A DNA stretch of 64,000 bases from a virus. This document shows, piece by piece, positions 54,952-63,337 of the stretch; position 1 is the first letter of the stretch, and the number at the start of each line of letters is the position of its first letter. The notes below the pieces were generated by a model. The model was not told the DNA's origin. It did not search any database and saw only the letters and a list, made by a program, of their open reading frames with translations. The translations under genes were made by a program, and so were the position numbers. The DNA is taken from IMG/VR virus record IMGVR_UViG_3300020281_000010. One strand, written 5' to 3'.

Positions 54952-55182
54952 ATGCCAACCTACGAATGGATTAACAAAGAGACTGGAGAGATCACGACCA
55001 ACTTTATGAAGATCGCTGATCTCGATAAATACAAAGAAGAACATCCCGAGTTGGAAAGATACTTGGGCAACCAAACCAACGGAACTATTTACGGTAAACC
55101 TAAACAGTCCGAAGGATTCAAAAACGTGATGCAAAAGATCCAAAAGGATCATCCTGCAGCGAACCTTAGTCGCTTTACTTAA
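54952..55182 (+). CDS. FmdB-like small protein (Cys-less)
   Basis: MPTYEW..KETGE. Confidence 0.65.
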   Translation: MPTYEWINKETGEITTNFMKIADLDKYKEEHPELERYLGNQTNGTIYGKPKQSEGFKNVMQKIQKDHPAANLSRFT

Positions 55183-55185
55183 ACT

Positions 55186-55938
55186 ATGCCACAAAGGAAG
55201 AGAAAGACACCCTCATCATCATTTTCACGTTCAGCGAAACAGATGCGAAGAAAGAAACCTATCAATCTTGAACATCTAAAAACCATTGAACCTATCACTC
55301 CTAATCAGGAGAGAGTGTTCAAATCATATGGTGAAGGTAAGAATTTGTGTCTACACGGTGCAGCAGGTACTGGTAAAACATTTATCAGTCTGTATATGGC
55401 ACTGAAACAAGTGCTTGAACCTGATAATAATTATGAGAAGGTTTATATGGTGCGTTCTCTTGTACCTACAAGGGAGATTGGTTTTCTTCCAGGTGATCAC
55501 GAGGACAAGTCAAACCTATACCAGATTCCTTACAAGAATATGGTGAAGTATATGTTCGAAATGCCAGACGATGCTGCATTCGAAATGCTTTACGATAATC
55601 TTAGAGCACAGGAAACTATTTCATTCTGGTCAACCTCATTCATCCGTGGTGTCACGATGGATAATTGTATTGTCATCGTTGATGAGTTTAGTAACTTGAA
55701 CTTTCACGAGTTAGATAGTATAATTACAAGGGTGGGAGAGAACTGTAAGATCATCTTCGCAGGTGACTACACACAGTCTGACCTCATCAAAACAAATGAA
55801 AAGAATGGTGTCCTAGATTTTATGAAGATCATTCAAACTATGAGTTCGTTTGATTGCGTAGAGTTTGGTATTGAAGACATCGTTCGTTCTGGTTTAGTAC
55901 GAGAGTACCTGATCAGCAAAATTAATCTTGGTTTCTAA
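55186..55938 (+). CDS. phoH: PhoH-family ATPase
   Basis: GAAGTGKT, GFLPG, IRGVT, DE, GDYTQSD, VRSGLV. Confidence 0.95.
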   Translation: MPQRKRKTPSSSFSRSAKQMRRKKPINLEHLKTIEPITPNQERVFKSYGEGKNLCLHGAAGTGKTFISLYMALKQVLEPDNNYEKVYMVRSLVPTREIGFLPGDHEDKSNLYQIPYKNMVKYMFEMPDDAAFEMLYDNLRAQETISFWSTSFIRGVTMDNCIVIVDEFSNLNFHELDSIITRVGENCKIIFAGDYTQSDLIKTNEKNGVLDFMKIIQTMSSFDCVEFGIEDIVRSGLVREYLISKINLGF

Positions 55939-55940
55939 TT

Positions 55941-56612
55941 ATGTTTAACTTAGTGGGACCTCCTGTTCCACTGACTGAAATGAATGCTGTTACTAAAACT
56001 AATGGTCTTCGTTTATATGAAGTTGGTGATGGTAAATGGTATCCTTCCGTGACGACTGTCACCAGTCATCGTACCAAGGACAAGATTATGAAATGGAGGA
56101 AGCGTGTTGGAGAGACAGAGGCAAACAAGATCTCAGGTCGTGCTTCATCACGTGGCAATAAGTTTCATAGTATGGTAGAATGTTATCTGAAGAATGAAAC
56201 TGTCAAGTTTGACGACAAGAATCCTTTAGCATCCTTTTTATTCAGAACAGCAAAGGAAACTCTTAACAATATTGACAACATTCATCTTCTTGAAAGTCCT
56301 TTGTTCAGTGATCACCTCCGTGTTGCAGGTCGAGTAGACTGCATCGCTGAGTATGAAGGTGAACTAGCAGTCATTGATTTCAAAACTTCTACGAAACCAA
56401 AGAAAGAAAACTGGATTGAGAACTACTTTGTTCAAGAAACTGCATACGCTGTGATGTATTACGAGCGGTGTGGTGTCAAGGTTGATAAGATTGTAACTCT
56501 TATCGCCACTGAAGAAGGATCTATGCAGGTCATTCAGAAGACAGATCTTGATTATTACTACCAATTACTTGTTGAATACATCAACGAATTTATGCAGTCA
56601 AAACTACAATGA
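55941..56612 (+). CDS. PD-(D/E)XK exonuclease
   Basis: YPSVTT, RGNKFH, E, GRVD, IDFKT, Q..AY. Confidence 0.88.
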   Translation: MFNLVGPPVPLTEMNAVTKTNGLRLYEVGDGKWYPSVTTVTSHRTKDKIMKWRKRVGETEANKISGRASSRGNKFHSMVECYLKNETVKFDDKNPLASFLFRTAKETLNNIDNIHLLESPLFSDHLRVAGRVDCIAEYEGELAVIDFKTSTKPKKENWIENYFVQETAYAVMYYERCGVKVDKIVTLIATEEGSMQVIQKTDLDYYYQLLVEYINEFMQSKLQ

Positions 56613-56854
56613 AGGAATACAAAGACAAATTTATGACACAAGCGAAATTTTCTGCTGCTGTGGAAGAGGTTGTCAAAAACAGCAACGGACTTGTCAACTA
56701 TATTGATGCAGTCATTGTTGTCTGTGATGATCTTGACATTGAGGTGGATACTGTTAACAAACTCATCAGCAAACCGCTGAAGGATAAGATTAAGTTTAAT
56801 GCCCAAGAATTAAACTACGTTAAACGCACAAGCAGAGGAGTCCTACCAATATGA
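56609..56854 (+). CDS. g33: Late transcription coactivator gp33
   Basis: YIDAV...LISKPLKDKIKFNAQELNY...LPI; upstream of g32. Confidence 0.85.
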   Translation: MKEYKDKFMTQAKFSAAVEEVVKNSNGLVNYIDAVIVVCDDLDIEVDTVNKLISKPLKDKIKFNAQELNYVKRTSRGVLPI

Positions 56855-57192
56855 CCAACCCATTCTACGAATCAGAAGTAGTACGTGGCGAAGTACAAGA
56901 GATGGAGCAACTCTATCTCGAACTAGCAAAACTATCAGTCAAGTTTGCTGAACTCGATGAGGAAGGCAGACGACAGCATCTAGAGGGAACTCTGGAACTG
57001 ATCGCTAAACAGAAGGTATTCTATGCTAGACTTGCTTTGATGGCACATCAAGACGAGGAGGCAAGGTCCATCAAGTTCAAAATCGATACCCTTTCAGAAA
57101 TGTATTCTGGTGGGAAGCATATCAACGAGGTTCTTGATGATATGGAGACAAAACTCAAGGATATGCGTAAGAAGCACCTTGACAACGACTAA
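56851..57192 (+). CDS. Hypothetical protein (DUF1825-like)
   Basis: FYESEVV..E..EM..LY...KQKVFYARL. Confidence 0.7.
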   Translation: MTNPFYESEVVRGEVQEMEQLYLELAKLSVKFAELDEEGRRQHLEGTLELIAKQKVFYARLALMAHQDEEARSIKFKIDTLSEMYSGGKHINEVLDDMETKLKDMRKKHLDND

Positions 57193-57250
57193 ATAGTACG
57201 TTACCCTGTATGGGTAGTACAAACACACAACACACAAAGACACTAATCAA

Positions 57251-58171
57251 ATGGCATTCGCAGATCTTAAGAAAAAGTCTGGTTCATTCGCTAACCTGAC
57301 TAAAGAAATTGAGAAGATGTCCAGTGGAGGAAAGAAGGTTGATGAACGCTTCTGGAAACCACAAGTGGACAAATCAGGTAATGGATTCGCAGTAATCCGT
57401 TTCCTCCCAGAGTCTGAAGGAGCAGACCTTCCTTGGGCACAGGTTTGGAGTCACGCATTCCAAGGTCCTGGTGGTTGGTACATTGAGAACTCTCTCACAA
57501 CCCTTGGTCAAAAGGATCCTGTCTCTGCACTCAACTCTTCACTTTGGAACTCTGGTAACGAGTCAGATAAAGACATCGCACGTAAGCAAAAGCGTAAGTT
57601 GTCGTACTACAGTAACATCTACGTTATTAAGGATCCATTGAATCCTGAGAACGAAGGTAAGGTATTCCTGTATAAGTATGGCAAGCGTATCTTTGACAAG
57701 ATTATGGCAAAGATGCAACCCAATGAGAATGACTACGATCCAGAACCCGCATTCAATCCTTTCGATCTTTGGAAGGGTGCTGACTTCAAGTTGAAGATCA
57801 AGCAGGTTGCAGGTTACTGGAACTATGATGATAGTTCTTTCACTACTCCTAATGTCTTGGGTAGTTTTGATGATGATAAACTTGAGGAGATCTACACATC
57901 TGCTCACGATCTTGCAGCATTCACTGCTCCAGATCAGTTCAAGTCCTATGAAGAACTTGATGCTCGTCTGAAGTCTGTGCTTGGTCCTAAGACTGCTGCT
58001 CTGCAGATCGATGAGTCACTTGAGGATGAGTCTGAAGGACGTGGTTCATTCAACGCTGCTGACATCACTCCTACTGCTCCTGCGTGGACAGAACAGGTGA
58101 CCACTTCAACAAGTGGCACAGATGAGGATGACACTCTCTCATACTTTGCTAAACTAGCAGAAGAAGAGTAA
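57251..58171 (+). CDS. g32: Single-stranded DNA-binding protein gp32
   Basis: DERFWK, GNGFAVIRFLP, YIENSLTT, NPFDLWKGADFKLK, acidic tail. Confidence 0.96.
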   Translation: MAFADLKKKSGSFANLTKEIEKMSSGGKKVDERFWKPQVDKSGNGFAVIRFLPESEGADLPWAQVWSHAFQGPGGWYIENSLTTLGQKDPVSALNSSLWNSGNESDKDIARKQKRKLSYYSNIYVIKDPLNPENEGKVFLYKYGKRIFDKIMAKMQPNENDYDPEPAFNPFDLWKGADFKLKIKQVAGYWNYDDSSFTTPNVLGSFDDDKLEEIYTSAHDLAAFTAPDQFKSYEELDARLKSVLGPKTAALQIDESLEDESEGRGSFNAADITPTAPAWTEQVTTSTSGTDEDDTLSYFAKLAEEE

Positions 58172-58178
58172 AGAACCA

Positions 58179-58481
58179 ATGAAAAAGTTTGCCATCGCAC
58201 TCCTTGCACTTACCATCGCATCACCTGCGGTGGCAGCACATCGTCCTCGCATTAAAACTGCGGATGGATTTGAAGTACACCCATCACATTGTGTGTACGA
58301 TAAACTATTCGAGACTTGGAACTGTTGGTATTCACCAGTGAGACCAAAGCGAGAGCATCATCATCACCATCATCATCATTATCGTAGGGACTATTATCGT
58401 ACTCCTGTCTTCAGACCTAATGAGTACAACGAACACGGTGTTCCCTGTTATTTCTACAAAAAAGACGGTTGGTGTTTCTAA
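58179..58481 (+). CDS. Secreted protein with His8 run
   Basis: Signal MKKFAIALLALTIASPAVA; REHHHHHHHHY. Confidence 0.7.
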   Translation: MKKFAIALLALTIASPAVAAHRPRIKTADGFEVHPSHCVYDKLFETWNCWYSPVRPKREHHHHHHHHYRRDYYRTPVFRPNEYNEHGVPCYFYKKDGWCF

Positions 58482-58723
58482 CCGTGTAGAGCATAATCTA
58501 AAGCAAGTTTGGCGGTCGTCTTAAGTTTAGGACGCCGCCATTCTGCGTATGGAATAGTCACAAGAAATCCTAGGAGGTCTCCGTCTTCTACATCAGGAAC
58601 TCCTACTGGTTGCACAAAAAATATACCTGCGTGTGCTACTGTCTTCCAACCTATATCAACAAAACCTAACTCTCGAAGAGCACATTCTAATTTAAGAGAC
58701 TGTGAACCTTCGATGCAAAGCAT
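58478..58723 (-). CDS. Hypothetical protein
   Basis: 81-aa ORF coupled to g53 stop. Confidence 0.6.
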   Translation of the reverse strand: MLCIEGSQSLKLECALRELGFVDIGWKTVAHAGIFFVQPVGVPDVEDGDLLGFLVTIPYAEWRRPKLKTTAKLALDYALHG

Positions 58724-59718
58724 TAATATCCTCCTCCGTAGTAACCTCCACCAGAACTACTGGAACCACCACTGGAACTGGAACCACTGCTAGAGGAACT
58801 GGAACTGCTGCTACTGCTACTGCTAGAGGAACTAGAACTACTTGAGGTGTCACCACTACCAGTCTGAGTGCCAGTGTATGATCCAGAAGACGTACTCGAT
58901 GTGGATGTTGTGGTTGTAGATGCTTGTGTGTTATCTGTATCTGCATCTACTGCTGATGTCACAGCACCTGCTCCTCCACCACCAGATGAGATGAGTGCTG
59001 TAGATGATCCACCACCACGTGCAGAACCAGTTGATGCTGTGCTCTGACTTGGTTTTCTATAGTTAGTGATACCAATGAACTCCTCTGCCAATGTGGTAGG
59101 GGTTTTCTTATTACCTTTGGAATCTACTTCATCGTTAGGTAGATACTTGGCAAGTCTTCTGAACTCATTCACAAAGTCATCGATGTATGCACCACGCAAG
59201 AGATGTATGTTACGTTTGTATTCATTCTCTGCATCAAGTTTCTCAAAGTTACTGACAGGTCTACGAGAATCCTGCTTGGGATACATAGTCCCATCAGATT
59301 TAACGTATTGATAGTCCTCGTTAACAGTTATACCTTCGGGTAGAATCACATTATCATTATGATCTAGGATCTCTCTGGTTTCGTAGTGACTGACTGAATC
59401 TACATCACCAAATCTGTCTTGACATATAGCATATAATTCGTCTCTTGTTACTGGCCATTCTTCATTTACATTGATGATGTTGTTGCAAAGCAACACAACC
59501 CAGTCCAATCCAGAATCACCATACACTTTCTTGGCAACCATATCTGGACGCTCACCTTCCTTGATAGAATACTGAGTAAAACCTAGGAGTTTACCTACGA
59601 TCTTCTCCTTGATCTTAATGCGACGGAAGATATTTTTTGTAAGTTCGTAAGGATGGTTACCGTTTTGGAACGTCCTGTTTCTTACATATACGTTGGGGAA
59701 ATACTTAAAATATGCCAT
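58723..59718 (-). CDS. g53: Baseplate wedge protein gp53 with Ser/Gly low-complexity tail
   Basis: MAYFKYFP, GERPDMVA..VYGDS.LDWVVLL.NNI....EWP. Confidence 0.88.
   Translation of the reverse strand: MAYFKYFPNVYVRNRTFQNGNHPYELTKNIFRRIKIKEKIVGKLLGFTQYSIKEGERPDMVAKKVYGDSGLDWVVLLCNNIINVNEEWPVTRDELYAICQDRFGDVDSVSHYETREILDHNDNVILPEGITVNEDYQYVKSDGTMYPKQDSRRPVSNFEKLDAENEYKRNIHLLRGAYIDDFVNEFRRLAKYLPNDEVDSKGNKKTPTTLAEEFIGITNYRKPSQSTASTGSARGGGSSTALISSGGGGAGAVTSAVDADTDNTQASTTTTSTSSTSSGSYTGTQTGSGDTSSSSSSSSSSSSSSSSSSSSGSSSSGGSSSSGGGYYGGGY
58738..58990 (-). repeat. Low-complexity poly-Ser/Gly/Thr coding tract
   Basis: SSSSSSSS...GGYYGGGY; + strand repeats of actgct/ggaact. Confidence 0.8.
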
Positions 59719-60797
59719 TATGCTCCGAACATATCGTTTGTAATGAACTGAGTTTCTTTGAAGGTCATCGTCAAAGTGTATGCAACAGGACCATAGTCCC
59801 AAGTGTTGTTAGCAATGTCTCTCAGTGTATTCATAAAGTTATCAGGTGAAGAACTCAATGAAAGATTCTCAAGCACAACTTTCGTTGGGAAGTTATGAAT
59901 CTGTTTAAGGAACCCACCTTTACCAGTGATCGTAAGATCATCACCTGTCTCAGTCTCTTGTGCTTTCACACGAACAACAGACAGACGATAATGGTGAGGA
60001 ATGTTTAGGAACCTAGCGTTGTTAGCAGTCTGACCATCTTTAACTGCCACAAAGTCTGCTGCTTTCTCTGCAGTTGTACCATCACCTTCAGTCTTCTCAT
60101 TCTTACCGTCTATACCAAACATCTTATTGACTGCATCCTCGTTACCACCTGACACAGAGGGGTGCATAGTGATTCTTAGTAGTTTGAATATTCTTAGTGC
60201 TTCTTCTGCCTCAGATGCATTACGTGGTGCAATCTTAAAGTTAAATGTATGGTTTCTATATGCCACACCTTTGAATGTTACTTCTTGATATGGGTTGAAA
60301 ATTTTCTTAGTTGTAAGAGCAGACAGAGCGTTGCCATCAATGTCACCACCTGCACCTAGACCAGAGTTAACTGTACCGAGAGCAGATGATACTGAGTTCA
60401 TCAAGAACTCTGGTTTCAATGCACCTGCTGTACTTTGTAATTGATCTACAAGATTATCTTTGTTAGTTAGATCTCCCACTGCACCGATCGCACCAAGACC
60501 AACTGCACCCAGTGTTGTCTCGTTATACATTGCTTGATAACTTTCCTGCAATCCATTGGGTAAATATAAGAACACGTTACCCACTAATCCTGCAGTAGAT
60601 CTCTGAGCATTCAGTGATTTTATATCTTGTCCACCAGTTCCTGCATAAGTATAAGGGTTAGCAATCTCAGAATCAAAAACTTGAATCTTCAAATAATCAA
60701 CAAGTTCAGTCCGATATGTATCCTCAGCATCAATCTCTCTTCTACTGGAGAGGATGTCTGTTGGAAGCGTTCTTGGGTAGACTAATGGAGCAGTCAT
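59718..60797 (-). CDS. g48: Baseplate tail-tube cap gp48-like
   Basis: IFNPYQEVTFKGVAYRNHTFNFKIAPRN..EA; FKE near C-terminus. Confidence 0.8.
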   Translation of the reverse strand: MTAPLVYPRTLPTDILSSRREIDAEDTYRTELVDYLKIQVFDSEIANPYTYAGTGGQDIKSLNAQRSTAGLVGNVFLYLPNGLQESYQAMYNETTLGAVGLGAIGAVGDLTNKDNLVDQLQSTAGALKPEFLMNSVSSALGTVNSGLGAGGDIDGNALSALTTKKIFNPYQEVTFKGVAYRNHTFNFKIAPRNASEAEEALRIFKLLRITMHPSVSGGNEDAVNKMFGIDGKNEKTEGDGTTAEKAADFVAVKDGQTANNARFLNIPHHYRLSVVRVKAQETETGDDLTITGKGGFLKQIHNFPTKVVLENLSLSSSPDNFMNTLRDIANNTWDYGPVAYTLTMTFKETQFITNDMFGA

Positions 60798-61235
60798 ATG
60801 ACACAGCGTAGTTATTCAGGACGGTTCAGACCTAGTTACCCAGGAAAATACAAAGGGGATCCCACAAACATTATTTATAGGAGTTTATGGGAAAGAAAAT
60901 TAATGGTGTGGTGTGATAAGAATGAGAACGTTCTAGAGTGGGGTAGTGAGGAGATTATTATCCCGTACGTGTCACCCATCGACAATAGAATCCACAGATA
61001 TTTCCCAGACTTCTACATCAAAGGAAGAACTTCCTCTGGTACTACTAAATATATAGTGGAGGTAAAACCCAAAGCACAAACTCTTCCACCTAAGAAAGGT
61101 AGGAAGACGAAGAAATTATTGAATGAGATCGCCACTTACGGAGTCAATCAAGCGAAGTGGAAAGCAGCACGTGAGTATTGTGCAGATCGTAAGATGAAGT
61201 TTATGATCCTCACCGAAAAAGAACTCAAGGTATGA
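60798..61235 (+). CDS. g4: Head completion protein gp4 (TnsA-like nuclease fold)
   Basis: YSGRF.P..P.KYKGD, YRSLWE, WGSEE, RYFPDF, EVKP, NQAKW. Confidence 0.92.
   Translation: MTQRSYSGRFRPSYPGKYKGDPTNIIYRSLWERKLMVWCDKNENVLEWGSEEIIIPYVSPIDNRIHRYFPDFYIKGRTSSGTTKYIVEVKPKAQTLPPKKGRKTKKLLNEIATYGVNQAKWKAAREYCADRKMKFMILTEKELKV
60872..60879 (-). promoter_or_regulatory. Late promoter for g48 inside g4 coding sequence
   Basis: TATTTATA on + strand = TATAAATA on - strand, 75 nt upstream of g48 start. Confidence 0.6.
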
Positions 61236-61687
61236 CTGTCTATCAAGATCTAAGAGACCTAGCAAACTATAAATCTATGGCACCATCGTGGTGGAGGAGT
61301 CAGTTGTTCTTCTACCTTGCAGGTCGTGGTCTGGATAGTCCTGCTGTCGGTGGGGTGTGTACATTCAAGTACACAGCAGAGTATGCAGAGAAGTATCAGT
61401 TCTGGGACAAGTGTCCTATGGTGTATGTGATAGGTGAGTCATCGGAACACTTCTGGGGTGCCAACGTCCACTATCTACCACCTCAAGCACGGGTGTCAGG
61501 GTTCTCCCCGTCACCACCTCCCGTTACTCTGCATAAATACTTGAGAAGTAATGTTATTTCTCCCTATTACAGCATAGAAAACTCTGAGTGGGCAGATATT
61601 GGTTTGATTCCCTCTGAAGAATTTGTTACCACTATCAACGGAAGAAACATACCTGTACCAACGTCGGCAGTATTGAAGAAACTTTAA
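61232..61687 (+). CDS. DNA end-protector gp2-like protein (short)
   Basis: FKY......WDKCPMV...FWGANVHYLPP..R. Confidence 0.6.
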   Translation: MTVYQDLRDLANYKSMAPSWWRSQLFFYLAGRGLDSPAVGGVCTFKYTAEYAEKYQFWDKCPMVYVIGESSEHFWGANVHYLPPQARVSGFSPSPPPVTLHKYLRSNVISPYYSIENSEWADIGLIPSEEFVTTINGRNIPVPTSAVLKKL

Positions 61688-62409
61688 TGGCATACGCAGC
61701 ACCCAATTCATTTACACAGTTCCGAGACCTTGTTGCCAAAGGTGCTTGGGAACCCGTTCGTGGCAACCTGTACTCTGTAGACATTGGTTTCCCGAGAGTT
61801 CTTGGTGCAGGTGCTTTGCAACCTAATGAATTCAAACCTAGTGCAGAATATTATGATGCTATAAACTATTTTGCTGACTCAGTTACGATTCCATCTAGAA
61901 ATATTACTACAGGTGACACACAAAACTTTGGTCTTCAAAGATCATATGCTACAGGACAGACACCTAATGAACTAGCGATGTCATTCCTGGTGACTAAGAA
62001 CCAGTGGCATAGAAATTACTTTGAGACTTGGATGAATGCTATCGCACCTGATGGTGAGAACAGAGTCTGTTTCTATGATGATTACATCTGTGACATCATC
62101 GTTAGAAAGTGGGAGAGAGGATCTAATTTTAAGGTAGAGACAACCAAGAAAGATATAAAGTATGAGACACGTCTGAATAAAGCGACGGGTATCTGGAGAT
62201 TTACGGGTGCATATCCATTCAACCTAGGTACAATGAACTTTGGAAATAGTAATTCAGATGTTATGAGATTGGATGTACAGTTTAAGTTTGAGCGTTATAG
62301 ATTTACTACGAAAGAGAATAGAGTCAATGGATGGACTCAAGAAAAGATCATAAACAATATAGATAATGTGCTCGACAGTAGTGATTTCAGGACCTACGTC
62401 GGGGTCTAA
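61687..62409 (+). CDS. Tail tube / tube-initiator (gp19/gp54-like) protein
   Basis: SVTIPSR, FETWM, F.GAYP, LDVQFKFE. Confidence 0.7.
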   Translation: MAYAAPNSFTQFRDLVAKGAWEPVRGNLYSVDIGFPRVLGAGALQPNEFKPSAEYYDAINYFADSVTIPSRNITTGDTQNFGLQRSYATGQTPNELAMSFLVTKNQWHRNYFETWMNAIAPDGENRVCFYDDYICDIIVRKWERGSNFKVETTKKDIKYETRLNKATGIWRFTGAYPFNLGTMNFGNSNSDVMRLDVQFKFERYRFTTKENRVNGWTQEKIINNIDNVLDSSDFRTYVGV

Positions 62410-62438
62410 ATAGTTTTACTGAATTGTAATTTTACACA

Positions 62439-63143
62439 ATGCCTTTACCTAAACTGAGCATTCCAGATTATGAATGCGTGCTTCCTCGTGGTCAGAAAGT
62501 TACCTACAGACCTTTCCTAGTAAGAGAAGAGAAACTTCTTTACCTTGCTATGGAGACACAGGATAATAAGGAGATGATCAAAGCGGTTAAAGATATTATC
62601 AAAGCGTGCACTAACATTAAGAACGTTAATGATCTTGCCACTTTTGATATTGAATATCTTTTCCTTAAAATCCGTGGTAAATCTGTGGGTGAGGTAAGTG
62701 AATTCAAAATCACTTGTCCTGATGATGAGGAAACTAAGGTTGATGTTCAAGTCAATCTCGATGAAGTTAAGGTACAAATTCCTAAGGAACATACCAACAA
62801 ACTTCAAGTCAGCGATGAAATTACCATTACTATGAAGTATCCTTCACTGGATGTGTTCGTGAAAAATAATCTAGTTGACAATCCAGGTGTAGATGATCTG
62901 TTCAAACTCGCTGCCACTTGTACTGATAGTATTGCTGAAGGCGAGGATGTATATGAAGGAAAAGATCATACAACCAAGGAACTTGTAGAATTCTACGAGA
63001 GTATGGATTCAGTACAGTTCTCTAAGGTTCAGAAGTTCTTTGAAACTATGCCTAAACTTACTCATACTATTGACGTTTTCAATCCTAAAACTGAAGTTAC
63101 ATCACCCATCGTGCTTGAAGGACTAGCAAGTTTTTTCGCGTAG
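62439..63143 (+). CDS. g26: Baseplate hub assembly protein gp26-like
   Basis: MPLPK, YRPFLVREEK, FDIEYLFLKIRGKSVGE, FFETMPKL, LEGLASFF. Confidence 0.88.
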   Translation: MPLPKLSIPDYECVLPRGQKVTYRPFLVREEKLLYLAMETQDNKEMIKAVKDIIKACTNIKNVNDLATFDIEYLFLKIRGKSVGEVSEFKITCPDDEETKVDVQVNLDEVKVQIPKEHTNKLQVSDEITITMKYPSLDVFVKNNLVDNPGVDDLFKLAATCTDSIAEGEDVYEGKDHTTKELVEFYESMDSVQFSKVQKFFETMPKLTHTIDVFNPKTEVTSPIVLEGLASFFA

Positions 63144-63163
63144 CCCTAGCGCACGACTCCTTG

Positions 63164-63337
63164 ATGAATATGTTTGAGACTAACTTTGCTTTGATGCAAC
63201 ACCATAAGTATAGTCTCACTGAGTTAGAAAATATGATGCCCTGGGAACGTGATGTTTATGTGAATCTTCTGATGCGTTATCTACGTGAAGAAGAGGCAAG
63301 GCAACGACAACAGTCGGGTCAACATCAATCACTTTAA
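63164..63337 (+). CDS. g51: Baseplate hub assembly catalyst gp51-like (possibly reached by -1 frameshift)
   Basis: NFALMQHHKYSLTELENMMPWERDVY; not in ORF track. Confidence 0.8.
   Translation: MNMFETNFALMQHHKYSLTELENMMPWERDVYVNLLMRYLREEEARQRQQSGQHQSL

Noticed and set aside
55941-56612. Cas4-like exonuclease as a CRISPR component
   Set aside because: Standard T4-like phage PD-(D/E)XK exonuclease between phoH and g33; no array or other cas genes
59718-59802. N-terminal extension of gp53 from 59802
   Set aside because: Overlaps the g48 C-terminus; the coupled ATG at 59718 (MAYFKYFP) is the typical start
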